Assembly: GCA_030704615.1 (NCBI GenBank)
Contig: CM060734.1
Coordinates: 61,938,001 to 62,002,000, forward strand
Length of the DNA stretch: 64,000 bases
Source: Takakia lepidozioides
Lineage: Eukaryota; Plantae; Bryophyta
Reading direction: 5' to 3'
In this document: piece after piece, positions 11,430 through 24,380 of the stretch
Position numbering within the stretch: position 1 is the stretch's first letter
How the letters are laid out: each line of letters starts with the position of its first letter
Notes under the pieces: generated by a model
Seen by the model: the letters and a program-made list of their open reading frames with translations, nothing else
What the model was told of the DNA's origin: nothing
Databases searched by the model: none
Translations under genes and position numbers: made by a program

Positions 11430-12904
11430 AGGGCTTTTCCTCTACTACAAATCTTAACGCAAATCCCAAAGCTCCGCTTTCTTCAGCACCTCCCACCCAT
11501 GTTATCCCCTAGATAATCAGATGGGAGATGGAGCAGGTGAAGAACAAAGGAAAGGCCTGCCCCAACATCCTGAAGAGGCCCCCACTGCAGCAAGCTTCCT
11601 CTCCATCTCCCCGCCCATCCCCCATCGCACACAACCCAACTATTGCCAAAATATGCCGGAAACTCTGCTCCCTCCCCTCGTTGTATCTCAAAGGCTGCTC
11701 TCAACTAACCTCCAACTCGGATCTAGCTGCAACCTGCCTGACCCCTATGATCTTCCGTAGGGAACCCTTTCCTGCCTTTCACGTCACTGCCAGGGACAAA
11801 ATGAGTTTCGAATCTATCTGGATAACAGTTCAGGATATCCAATCATTTGTTACCAAAAGCCCTATGGACAGCGGCCCTATCCCAACATTGTGTGCCAAAC
11901 TGCAGGCCTACCTTCGCTCCCACCTTCCCCCCTACTCCCTGACATCTCCATCAGCCGTTACTTGAGGAGCATATATGTGGAGGCTTTCCCCCGTCTTCGC
12001 CAAGACCTCTCTCCCAACACCAACATTTTGGCACTAATTGATGAAAAATTACTTCTCAGCAACGGCGCCACGCTCCCAGGTGTTTGGGCAGATCCAGACC
12101 ACTTCCATGGGCCCTGTGCTCCAAGTAAGGCCCTTACCAGGGCAACGGACACTCTTAGCAATGCATTCACGATTCTACACGCAATTCTGGCAAAGGAGGT
12201 GGACGAACAAAACGAGGAAATTGAAAGACAAAGGATGGTGGACTGCATCAACCCGACCTACTCCCCGTTTGGATCCCTCTCCACATCTAGCTCCTCAGAT
12301 TGGCAAGTGTCTCAACTTCTCACTCAGCAATCGCCAACATTTTCCGAGCAGCCCCTCGAATCGACGGGTCCCCTGTGCACAACTCAAGCCATGCTGCCCT
12401 CCCCAACGCCTACGCCTGCCCCTTTACCCCCAATAAGTCCATCTCCACTCTCCCCCTCAATTCCACTTCTCATCTTCTCTGATTTTCCGTAGTCAAAAGG
12501 CAAGTGTAGAATTCTATGTCTAAGGAACAACACCTCCTCCCTACCCGCCTTAAAGAAAACCTGGAAAATTCTACCATCTATAGGCTACCCTCCTTCTCAG
12601 GCTGGCCTCTCCTCCATCCTTGGGTTGGATAACGTTCCACTCCAACACCCGTTTCGTTCCAATCTCTTTTCCATAACTCTACAAGATTCATTCCACTTGA
12701 TGATTTTGGAAACTCACTCCATGGCAGGCCAAGCTCATTGGTACTCTTCATCCACCTTAAAGACCCCATCCACACCGCCCAACCCAACCTCTACTGGTCC
12801 CTCTCTCTCAGCCCATCCGACAAACGTACCAGTTTCGCTTCTTTTATCCAGGCCATCAATTGAGTCTTATCCTCTCAGCCTGTCCCCATCCATAGATGCA
12901 AGTT

Positions 12905-15900
12905 AGTCTATCCTCTTGGAACATTAGGGATCCGACCAAATGGCACTCAAAAAAGTCAAACTATCAGCCTGGCTTAAACCCCTAATCCCCACCCAGGCTA
13001 TAGTCTTCCTTCAGGAACACAAACTCTGTGATAGAAAGATTCTTAGACTGACCAACCAATTGTGGCCAACATCCTCCGCGCTGTGGAAGCCATCCTACGA
13101 AGGAACAAAGGGAGGAACAGCCATCCTCCTCTCCCCCTCTCTGTTTCAGTGTCTTGTCAAGGATGAAATATGGGAACCAGGGAGAGCCCAATTTTGCTCC
13201 CTCAGATTCCCCAATGACAACAACCCGGTTGGCTTCCTCAACATCTATGCCCCTAATGACTCCCTAGAAAGGTCAAGACTCTGGGATTAAATCTCTCTTC
13301 TAATGTCACATCAACCAGACATAAGCAGATGGATTATTGGTGGTGACTTTAACATGGTCGAGAGAGATAGCGACAGACTAGGTAGAGGCTCATACCACCT
13401 TGGGTCTGATGAGGACTTTTCTTGGCACTGTCTGACCCAATCCCACAGTATGGTTGAGTTTGAGAGGCCCTCAGATGCCCTCTCTGGCTCCAGTCCCTTC
13501 TTCACCTGGTCAAACAACATAAATATTCAAGATCTATGCATGGCCCGACTAGACAGATTTTATTCTTCTCTTTCTCTTTCCCCCTTCACCTCTCTAAGCC
13601 CTCAGGAACCTATCCCTCTAGGATTCGACCATGCCCTAGTCTCTGCAACCCTCACGTTGCCCAACTCTCACCCTAGAGGGAAAGGATGTTACAAACTAAA
13701 CTCTTCGCATCTTCGTCTGGCTTCCTTCACGGATGCCCTAAAAAATGCTTGGCATTCCACAGCCACTACGGCTTCATGCCCAATCCTCAAATTCGAAACC
13801 AAATTGGCAGCTACAACCAAATTAAGCCAAGAACTCAGCCGGGAAATTGCGGAGGCTAGGAAAAGAAAACAGCAAGCCCTCAAGAAATGCCTAGGGGTCT
13901 GTGAGAAGAAAATAGAAGCTCATAGGTGCGACGCCCACACCTTCAATACATACCTCGAAGCTCGATTCAACCTTGACAGATACAACCTACTCCTGGAGAA
14001 CAAAATGAAAATGCAGGCAGGTATTAACTGGTCTACGAAAGGGGAGAAGATGTCCAAATACTTCTTCCAAAAAATGCAGCAACGTAGGGCCAGCCAAACA
14101 ATCGCCCACCTTTACATTGACGGTCCGGGAGCCTCCTCCAACATCCCTAGACAGATGTGTGCCTCCGCATACAATCACTTCTCTAAACTCTTCCAAGCGG
14201 ATCCAAAGGACTCTCTCTACCCTGATAAACTTAGAGAATGCCTCCAATGTATACCCCGTACTCTTAAGCCCCAGGACACCGCCAAGTTAGAAGCTGACCT
14301 GTCCTCACAAGAGCTAGAGAAAGCGCTCAAAGCCCTGAATAACAACAAAGCGCCAGGGATAGATGGGATGACAGTGGAATTTTACAAGGCACTGTGGACA
14401 ACCATCTCCACTGACTTCTGCGATATGGCCAATGCCATTAACAATTACAGACCCATTACTTTGCTAAATGTGGCTTACAAAATAATCGCCAAGGCCCTGG
14501 CCCTTCGCATTCAACCTCTTTTCCCATCCATGATCAGACCCGGCCAAGCAGGTTACGTTAAGGGCAGATACATTCTCGATAATGTGCCGTTAGCTCAAGA
14601 AGCAGACAACTATACATCCAACACTGGCCAAGCTCTAGCCCTCTGGCTCCTAGACTTCGAAAAGGCTTTTGATAAAGTCGACTGGTCCTTCCTGCAGGCA
14701 GTCCTACATAAAGCAGGCCTCCCTCCCTATTTCTGCAAATGGGTACACATCCTCTTGCAAGGAGCAACTAGCAGAGTCACTATAAATGGATACCTGTCAA
14801 AGCCTTTTCAACTACAAAGATCGGTTAGACATGGATGCCCGCTTGCGCCATTCCTCTTCCTGTTTGTTGCAGACGCCCTTGGCTATATGCTTCAAAGCAA
14901 TCCCTTGGTGAAAGGTTTGAAACTGCAGAACCCCAGAACTGGCATTGGAATGAGGTCAAAGATTCGATGTACGTAGATGATACCTTCTTGCTGCTTCAGG
15001 CAGACCTCCCAACTCTTGCTGCAGCTCAAAACACCCTAGCACACTTTTGCGATATCTCGGGATTTAAGGTCAACTGGTCAAAAACTAAAGCCCTGTTACT
15101 TGGAGATCTGTCTAAATCCACCATAGGAGTATCCCCTACTTGGGGCCAACAACTTGGTCTTACATGGCTTAAAGATGGCGAGACTGTCACCTTGCTAGGG
15201 CATACATTTGGGATCAACCTCACAGAAGAGCAACGTATGGGCCCCACTATTCAGAAACTGAAACGCTAGCTTGCTTACTGGGGGTCTTGCCACCTCTCTA
15301 TTACGGGTAGAGCGTTGATAGCAAACCAAGTTCTATTAGCGGGGGTTTGGTACTTTGCCTCCACCTGGGGACCGGAGTAAAAAAACTTCAAAGAAATAAA
15401 AAGACTGATTTGCAACTTCATCTGGGGCTCCACATCTGCTTCTTAGAACAGAAGACCCCAAGTATCCTGGGCCCAGATCTGCCTCCCTAAAAAGATGGGA
15501 GGGCTAGGAGTCTTAGACCCAGAGACTCAAGTTAAGGCACTTCTCGGGAAATGGATACCCAGATATCTGGGGCCCGAGGGAGGCTGGTGGAAGCTAATGG
15601 TAGCTAAAACTATCTACTCCTCCTCCCCAATGCAACGGGTTCTATGGCCATAATCCAGCAGATGGATTGTCCAAGGATTCAATCACAAATCGCCGGGCTT
15701 TGATCTTTGGTCCTCCATCTGGAAATCCTGGAATTGTCTCAGGCCTTTTTTGATGAAAAAAAAGCCTTCCTCATTTCACGAAACCTTGAGACAACACCTA
15801 TTCCTTAATGACCCTAACCCATCGATAGATAACCGGGGTTCAGCAAAAAGATGGGCTGAATGGGAAAACAGAGGCTTCTCCACGATAAAACACCTCTGGG

Positions 15901-17000
15901 ACAGCACCCCCCAATCTCTAAAAGGGGCTCTGGGTGCGAATCGTCTCCAATCAGGAATACCTCTCATCATCCAGTCAATCCCGGACACCTGGAAACTAGT
16001 ACTCAAGGATGGCCCGGACCCTCATAGAACACATCAATGGATTCTTCCACAAAGTCCATCTTTACAAGTCATCTATGTTTCTGAAGTCTATCCATCTATG
16101 ATCTCTGGTTACAAATTTCAGGCTCATGAACTCACAGGCAGCCTCTCCCTTACTAGCTCAGACATCATTTCAATTCCAAATCAGGAAGCCATCCTTGCTA
16201 GGATCTGCCACTGGTCTTCACCAAAAAAAAAAAACTTCAATCCTTCTGTCCCAGGGTGTATTCCCCTGTTAACATGGCTCAGGAAAGAATCATTCACTCT
16301 GGTTGGAAACTCAGGCATCGCATCCTTGCAATTGGACCCTGCTGAGTGGCAGTGGACAATCAATGACGAGATTCATCCTCTCTTCTCATACGCTGCTCGA
16401 CAGGGTTACAAAGCATTACTTCGTGCCAGACCTCTCTCCACAAAATGGGAGGGCAGATGGAATCATGAGAGATTCAGCGAGTAAAATTGGAAGGGCATCT
16501 GGTCAATAGTCTGAGAAGAAAAAGTCTGCCAAGATAAGTGCCTTTCTGTGGCAGATAGCCAACAGAGTCCTCAAGGTTGGCCAGTACATTAATTTAAACT
16601 TCAACGCTGCTACCCTATGTGGATGTTGTCTTGACCAAACAATAGAAATACAGGAGCACTGTCTCCTTCAATGCCTAGCTCCGAAAATTATCTGGCCCTT
16701 GGTCCAATCATTCTACAGAAACTGGGAGCCCTTCAACCTGCACTCCGTGAAAATCCTCCTCAACTACAGTCAAACAAGGAAAGCAAAAGCTCAGGACTGC
16801 CCGGTTTTTGAGGTGCTAAGATACTCAGTGCTCTGGAACATATGGAAGGGTCGATGTGCATGGATCTACAACAAGGAAAATACATCCGCAAACTGCTATT
16901 TTGACTCTTGTCTTCTTTGATCTCAAAGTAGTAGCTAAAAAAGAATGGGCTTCCTTGTGTGCAGAGGTTGTCAGGAACCTGAGCGCCAGCCTGCACTACT
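12905..17000 (+). pseudogene. LINE ORF2 (APE endonuclease, reverse transcriptase, zinc-binding domain) with stops, frameshifts and an internal deletion
   Basis: Endonuclease motifs SWNIR, FLQEHK, NIYAPN, GGDFN, RLDRFY, DH. RT motifs KAPGIDG, YRPITLLN, DFEKAFDKV, RHGCPLAPFLF, YVDD. C-terminal CGCC...EHCLLQC. Confidence 0.93.
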
Positions 17001-19156
17001 CCTTGCCTTCCAGACAACTTGGGCCCACCTTGGAATCATTTGTCACTGCACTTATGATCTCTCCTGTATTTGGACAGAGGGCATCCCCTTCTACTGGGAA
17101 GGACACAGAGGACTGCTCTTCAGCATCCCCAGAGTTTGAAAGATCGGAGATCAAGATCGGAGATCAACTGGAAGCATGTCAGGTCCTCCTCAGCAGCGCG
17201 CCTCCACTTCCACCGTTAGAACTCTTATTTTCCTGCTCTAATCCAATCCCCCACTCTGTCTCAATCTCGCCTCTCTCTATCCTACCTGCTCCTTCTTCAC
17301 CATCACCCTGCGCTACCACCCCGTTCCGTTGAACCCCCGATCCTACCTCTGCCAAGTATTCTTAGGGCTACAGTCCTCTTCTAACCCTCTTCCCTCCCAC
17401 TCGCTAAAATACACTCTTATCACCCTAATGCTGCATTCCACCAGCATGGATAATCATCTGAGGGCTGGACCCTCCCCACACCTGGGGTTTCTAGTGATTT
17501 AATCACGTCTTATGGTGTCTTCTTGTTACAGTTACTAGCTCTACGTTATCTGGCACAGGAGCCTCCTATATGACATGCCTTATGGCAACTGAGGGTTTAT
17601 TTTTTTCCCTCCAATAACTATAATAAAGTTCAAGCAGGCCTCAGTCCCTTTTCCAGGGTAAAAAAAAAAAAAAAAACTGTCATGTGAAAGGCATTTTCTG
17701 AAAGTTGTCTGTCACAGTGAAAGTCAAAAAAAAAATTAACCTGTCACAAAAAAGGTAGGGCTATCTGTCAAAAAACCACACTGACCACTACCCCAGGCTT
17801 GAGCACGCCTGCCTCTCTGCGCACCAAAAGGGCAGGCTGCGGATAGCGTGGCACGTGATGGGCCCTGCCACCCAACGCCGTCTCGTCACTTGCTTGCACT
17901 TTTTGAGGTCCACCAAACGCCCTGCGCTTCAGTGGCTGCCATGCCACAAATATCTCTGCCTCGACTCTCCACCCAATGCATGTCGCTGGTCGCCCCCGCT
18001 CAATCCATTCAACAGATAATATTTGTGAGTCGTGACGTGGATGTGGACACAGGTTTTGTCCAGCAACACACGAGGTGGACTCGACCTCTGGAGGGAAGAC
18101 ACCCGTTGTTATCACTTATAGGTAACCCACGTTCCAAGTTCCAACCCTCCTCGTCCTCGTGTATTTGTGGGAGAGCACACCAAACCCCACCTTTTCGTGG
18201 TACGCCCATGATGAGCCCATGGGGTCGGAGGTGGCAGAATCTGAGAGTCCGCGTAGATTGGTGACTCGTTACCTTCTCCGTACGCGTACCAAGCAAAGAC
18301 GCGTATCAAAAAAGTTGAGTTTGACATGAGGTAAAGTCTTGCAACTCATGTTTTACGTGGTTCAAGATACACAGCCCCCGTGGCTATGGCGTGCGTCTCA
18401 AATCACCGTGAAACAGTGGTTGCAAGACTTGACCTAATAGAAACACAGAGAGTCACAAACAGTGGACATTGACAAAACAGAAAGCTTACATCTCATAAGG
18501 TTTTAGACACTGAACTAGAAGCAACTTTCTATTCAAATAGGGGTGTGCCAGGCACAGGCGGCTTTGATGTGCTCAGATCTAAGGGGTTGCAAACTGTTTG
18601 AGAGTAGGCCCTAAAAGAGGTCTTCAATTTGAAGATCTGAGTTCTTGCGGGTACTGCATGGCTTGGGTCCATAAAATCGGTCTCTAAGAAGCATAAATGA
18701 CCCCAATACCCCAATCATCCGTCTTCATTTTGTGGGCTCTGCTCTCCACGAAGTTGTAGGACGTTCAACCTTTTTGGTCCCTTTGGTCCCTCCAATTGTT
18801 CTCCTTATAAACTTAACCTGTCATCCACCACCAACATGACTGAGTGCCCCAAGAGCAAGACCCTGCAATCATGCACAACCATGCATAAGCCTCTCCAGTG
18901 CTTTCTACTATTTCAATTTCTTCCTCCAGCAAACTTGCAGGCTATGAAAGGTTTTCAGACTTCAGGTCACAGGAAAAGGTGTCTTCAAGTAAACACAGTG
19001 TTAAGGCATTTGTCTTTGCTTAGTGACACGGGTGTAGTGTGGTAGGCACAGCTCTACTCCTACATGTAGATATAGCTTTAACATCTAAATGGTGATAACC
19101 TCCCCAAGTCATTTGATGAACAGACTGTCGAACCTTGACTCCAGTGCCGCACATTA

Positions 19157-22100
19157 CTAGCGTTTGCAAAACTGCTTCCAAGAATTGGATCCTTCATTTG
19201 AAAGTTTGACATTCAAACGAGGACGAGATGGCTTAGGAGGTTCATGCAAGCGGCGCCGCAGACCCCGCAGACCCCACGTCCAAGTTTTAGCCTTTGAAGA
19301 TGGAAACTGTGGAGGCCGTGGCTCACGATCGTCAGCATGCACATCTCCCACCCCCACCCCATGGTTCAATTGAGGCTGAGATGTTTTGGAACCCTCTTCT
19401 CCTTCAAAGATTCGCCTGTGCTTCCCAAGCACTGAACCATACTCCAGTGCCATCACGTAGCCACCACAGCCATCTGCAGCATCTTGCACAATTTCATGCT
19501 TGTTATCGAAGTGTGACATTGCTTCAGGCGCTTGAGTAGAAGAGGCCTTCCCCTCCATCACAAATTCTTTTGCTGCCGGTGCAGAAATTGATGCTAAATC
19601 CAACCCCAAAACTTCCACTGTTGAGGATTCTGATGCCAACTTTCGACTTTGAACAGGGGTTTGACTTGTAGTGCAAGAGGACACAGTGCTCTCTGTGAGA
19701 TGCAAAATCTTACTCATTGCTGGAACAACAAGGCAGCCTTTCACATCCTGGATTTCAGCCTTCCTAAGCAAAGGGACCACCTGTAAAGAGGACCATTGTT
19801 GGTTGTCATAACGACTTCAGAAACTGTGGAACTTGAATACCTCTACAAACTCTGTCTGCTTTGATTTTGGGGTCCTGCTTGCTACTAGTCATACACACTG
19901 GCAACAGCTCCCTCCCTCTGGCCTTCTTCATCCTACTTCAGGTTTCTCCTTTTACCATAAATGAAGAACATACACCTCTTTAGCTTTCCCATGAACTTCT
20001 ACTTAGGTGAATTCATGCAGCAAGAAGAAGAATCCGGAAGCATAGAATAGCCGCCATGCCAGCAGTACCTGGTCCAAACACCCCGTCTCGCCGAACCTCC
20101 GCCTATCTGTGACTTGAATGGGTTTCACAGCTTCGATAAAGGTCACAGGAGGCCACCCATTGACAGCGCTTGCCTCCCCAAAAGGCTGCAAGACAGCTTT
20201 CCCCCGGGAGGGTTGGAGGGTCTCACATCTGCGAATCTGCGCAGACTGCTGGCTACTGATAGCTTGGACCACCTCTGCCTGACCCTGCTGCCCAGCCACA
20301 TACTGGTTCAGCATCTCCAAGTCCTTCCATGCAAGCTCTTGCTGCGTTGACTTGTTTCTCTTGGACAGAAATAGATCCGCTGTCACAAAATCCGAGAACA
20401 AGGTTCATCAGCATACAGATAAAACCCTGCAGTTCAATGCAAACAATGCATTCACTTTCAGAGCCCAGCAGTGCAGGTGTCACTTGAGGACTCAGCTGGC
20501 AGGTCTACCCACAACTCATCTGCCAGATACAACGAAAAAAATAATAATGCAGCAGACCGGTACATTGAGTCACAATGAAGGGAGCATAGGCTTATCCCTA
20601 ATTGATTTGGCACACCTCCATCACCTACCCACTTGTTGTAACCCCCTCTCCGTTTCATAGCTGTAGGAACACAAATCCCACAATTGCAATACGTATGCAT
20701 AAACAAAAACAAATCAGGATCTTACGATTGGCAAGCTCAAAGTCCAGAGGCACTGTAGTCGTTGTGTCCTTCCTGCTAACACTGGCAGAAGATTTCCCAC
20801 GGCTTTGCAGTCGGTTCTGCCACACCCATCGACCAGACTCCATCTCAGGATTCTCAATTCCTCTGGATGGACCTTTCTCCTCAAGCTCCTCATTGTCACT
20901 ACTTTCCTCGTCAACCCTCTGGAATTTTCCCTGATCCGTCTCCTTCTCTTGTGTCTGTTCCTTTAAGTCGTCGTCACTCTCACTGGCACCCTCCATTAGG
21001 GTCATCGAGGTACTTAACTCCTTGGGATTACCAAGGACATTCTGTGTCAAAGTGGATGATGTGAGACACCCTGTGTTTGTTGCATTTGTGACCTTGGGGT
21101 TGAAATGCTGAATCCAAGGGCTGGCAAACACTGCTGGGCCAGAGGGTAGTGAAAGCTCGAGAGTCTGAGGTCTGTAGTAAGCTCTCTGCTGATAGCACCC
21201 TCCTTGCAACAATTCAAACAGCTGAGACACAAACAAAGGTTTATGTTATCACTTTGATGGAGAAAAACAAAGAAAACAATCAGACTCTCGCTGGCATATC
21301 ATAAGTGCAGGACTTGTGTGAATGGCTTAATGTGACATAACTGGATGACTAGATTGAAAGATTTACAGGTGCACCGATGACTCACTAACTAGTGAATTGA
21401 CCAACTACAAACAGAAAGAGAGGGAGCGGTCACCAACCTCACTAGGATTTGATGTGCAGCATGCATAGATGCCAATGGGTTGAGAGTCTGCACAGTCTTG
21501 TTCAGATTCATCATTAGGCCCCAACTTTCCACCTGCATCCGTGGCACAGTACTGCTGCTCATACAGACTGTTCACAAATGTGGCTTCTATGGAATTCAGA
21601 TACGAACTGTGCTTGTCATCTGTCCAAGTCGTTGCTGCTGATTGGGGCTTCTTTAGGATCTGCATTGGGAGAGACGTAGGTATTAAGCAGATCAGTCTCT
21701 AATTGAACAGCCACTATTTTACCAAAACTGGTAGATTAGAGAAATACGCTACTCAGTATACTACACTGAAGAGACTACACTGAATAATAAATTTGATAGC
21801 TCCTTGCGAATCAAAATTCATGTGAGAACGCAATCACAAGCAAGAAAGCCCAGGAGTAGCAGCGAATGCCCATCTGCTGTGTAAAAAACATTGACTAGTT
21901 GCGCTGAGACACAAACTTTAAGATTGTGCCAATGACTAATATGGCAAGTTGTTGCACCACTGCCTTCATTCCAAAAGAAAACTGGATCTGTAGACTGACA
22001 GATGGAGAGAGAAGGACACAACATCTCTCAAGTAAAAAGAACATTCACGTTTGGAACCGAAAGGAAACGCACTTCAAACAGGTTTCTTCAGCACCGAAAC

Positions 22101-23133
22101 TAAGCAAGCAGTTCCTTTTAGATAGGTATTGATAAATGTGCCAGTTCCTGCCATAGGTGCACGTTGACAGCATTGTGGCTTGAGGTTGAGACTCATCCAA
22201 TGGTGAAGGGTAAGGCAGTTTCCAGGGATAGTCATAGTCACAGGCTTCACAATTTGTCACCTAAAGAGAAACTGACCGACCAAACCAACACAATTCACCT
22301 GTCAATGGAACCCCTGTGGGGTAAGCAGAGCGACAATTATAATCATACTGAGAACATGGAAATAACAAGCTGATTGTAGCTCTTACCCTAAGACAAGGGC
22401 TAAACTTCCATTGATGCTGAGATGGAGAAATTTCTAAGCTAAGATAAACCAGGAAGATGCAGGGCCCCTAGACAGAGACTAATACAAGTACTCCTCATAA
22501 TTTGAACCTACGTTTTGCTCACAATGCAAATATCGAAATTCTACAAGTTTCAGAATAAGTAAAAGAAGACAGGAAGCCTACCGTTGGCCCCCTGGTTCCC
22601 GAGTGATCATCTTCAGAGGCCTCTGGCTCAGTACAAATATTCTCGTCTTCCGTCTCTTCTTTCTCCTCCAACTCCAACGTGCAACAGCCCTCCTTCAACG
22701 CTTCTCCTCCCTCTTCCTCCTCCTTGGGAACAGCGTCGCATGTCACCAAGGAAATACCAGATGGACTCCTTTCCATGAGCTGCTTGTCGCAGGCGTTCCC
22801 GGAATCTGCATCTGACATGGCCCAGCTTTTCACAGATCCATCAGATTCTGCTGAAGACATCTGGTTGGAACTTCCCGACCTGGAGGCTGACATGCGACTT
22901 CTCGAACCGAGCTCTGCACTGGAGGATGAGGCCATCGATGGAAACATGGACGCAGCTTGATTCTCGACGGCTCGAGATACCACGCCATGGTCTGACTCTC
23001 TCACCTTGATGGACATGCCTGTGACGGTATTCAGAGTAAGCAGCCGTTTCTGCCGCTGCACTCCTTCCTGACCGACGCTTACCACAGACTTGCTCCAAAA
23101 CCTGCTGTTTGCCCCAGGTCGCACATGGAACAT
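19157..23133 (-). CDS. COR27/COR28-like: COLD-REGULATED 27/28 (COR27/COR28) family protein, multi-exon
   Basis: Family motifs WTDDKHSSYLNSIEATFVNSLY, LFELLQGG, FASPWIQHF, and DQ|VVP formed across a splice junction. Phase-consistent GT-AG exons: 23133-22582, 21659-21438, 21221-20726, 20379-20069, 19780-19157 (734 aa). The start codon and possible extra exons at ~21900-22260 are uncertain. Confidence 0.85.
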
Positions 23134-23999
23134 CTGTCCGAGTTTTGGACTTCAGTACCAGACAGGCAACGTGTAGTACTTCATTTTGCAGGAAAAAATT
23201 GCATCCCTGTCCCCCTCCCACTGCTCGTCACTTCGTACTTCTATCATCTCCTTCTCCGAACAAGAAGATTATGTGGTAAGGTAGACTAGTAAATTTGACG
23301 TCCTTGCTTGAGAAAGAGCACATGTTTAGAAATGTCTAGGGCTTGCGAGGAAAGCTTTGCACTGTCTGGCACCGTCTTTCGGAATCAGGAAAAGAGAAGA
23401 GAGACCAGGGAGGAAGACCAAAACAACCTATTGTGGAATCATGCGATTAGCATGAGAGGATAGAGGGCTAGAGGGGAATGGACCGTTACAGCAATGCCTT
23501 CATCTAGTTTTGACACAGGCAGAGATGTAATTTCATATTTGTGATTCGCGGAATAATAGAAGTCACGATAAGCAGTCAGAAATGCGACACGCAACCCGAA
23601 CACCGGGCCGCCTGGGACTGACTGAGGACAACCATACCGACCCCATCTATCGAAATATCGGTAAGTGGAGGAGGGAAGGCCGACAAGCTCAAAAGAAAAA
23701 CAATAAAGATATGGTGCGAGCAACACGATAACAAGGGGCAGCGAAACCCTTGCGACCAGACAACGAAGGCAAATTGTGCAGACGTGAGAAGCACCACATC
23801 CACTAGCTGGTGATACCAAAACAACTCAGAGAAGAAGCAGGCAAACAGCACGAAGGTATGAGGCCAACACAGCCGAACTAGCAATGCAAAGAAACTCTTG
23901 AAAGCAAAGGCTCGGAAATCGGTGCGCGAGAGAGAGAGAGAAGGACGACGATGGCAGGACGACGAAAAAGGAAACCCGGACACCGGCCTGCGCCATACT

Positions 24000-24380
24000 T
24001 ACTTTCTACGTCAAGTGAAACATACCGGCAATAGCCGGTTTAAGTAACTTTATGACCGGCCGGTCCCGGTGTCCGGTACAGTCGTTGGTCAGGAAGGCGA
24101 CGTGTGGCGGGGTGGGATACGGCTCCCAGGGATGTGGCAGCTTTTGGCACACCCCGCTTTTGGTAATTAGCCTGCGCGCAGCCCTCGTTCGATCAGTCTA
24201 CTTTACACGTCATCTCCCACGCGGCACATCGACCCTAGTGTGCAATCTTATGTCCGGTACACCCACCAATGGGCGGAGAGCACGCATCGTCCGAGGTGGC
24301 AAATATTAGGGCAGCCGCAAAAGCAACAGAAAAAGGCCGCCCCCAGCCGGCACGACGTGCGCACACGTGTATGTGATGGA
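24000..24380 (-). promoter_or_regulatory. Promoter of the COR27/28-like gene with clustered ACGT-core (G-box/ABRE-like) motifs
   Basis: TACGTC at ~24007, GACGTGTGGC at ~24099, CACGTC at ~24206 and GACGTG plus CACGTG at ~24354-24369. These lie upstream of a CT-repeat 5' UTR (GA repeat at ~23927-23941 on the + strand). Confidence 0.5.

Larger units (their letters stand above)
7075..12492 (+). pseudogene. LINE ORF1 (DUF4283-like region, CCHC zinc knuckle, long Pro/Ser-rich tail), disrupted
   Basis: GRGFYSILFDTEEMADRA...IFPW at 7075-7719 and CFYCGMSGHIRADC at 7804-8412. Removing 8411-11438 rejoins ...SIQGF to SSTTNLN..., which runs in frame through one TAG into MEQVKNKGK (11528). Confidence 0.82.
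6650..17676 (+). mobile_element. L1-clade LINE retrotransposon, near full length, decayed, interrupted by a MULE-like insertion
   Basis: C-rich 5' UTR, ORF1 with zinc knuckle, ORF2 with APE endonuclease, RT and Cys-rich C-terminus, AATAAA at ~17622 and A17 tail at 17660-17676. The 5' end is approximate. Confidence 0.92.
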
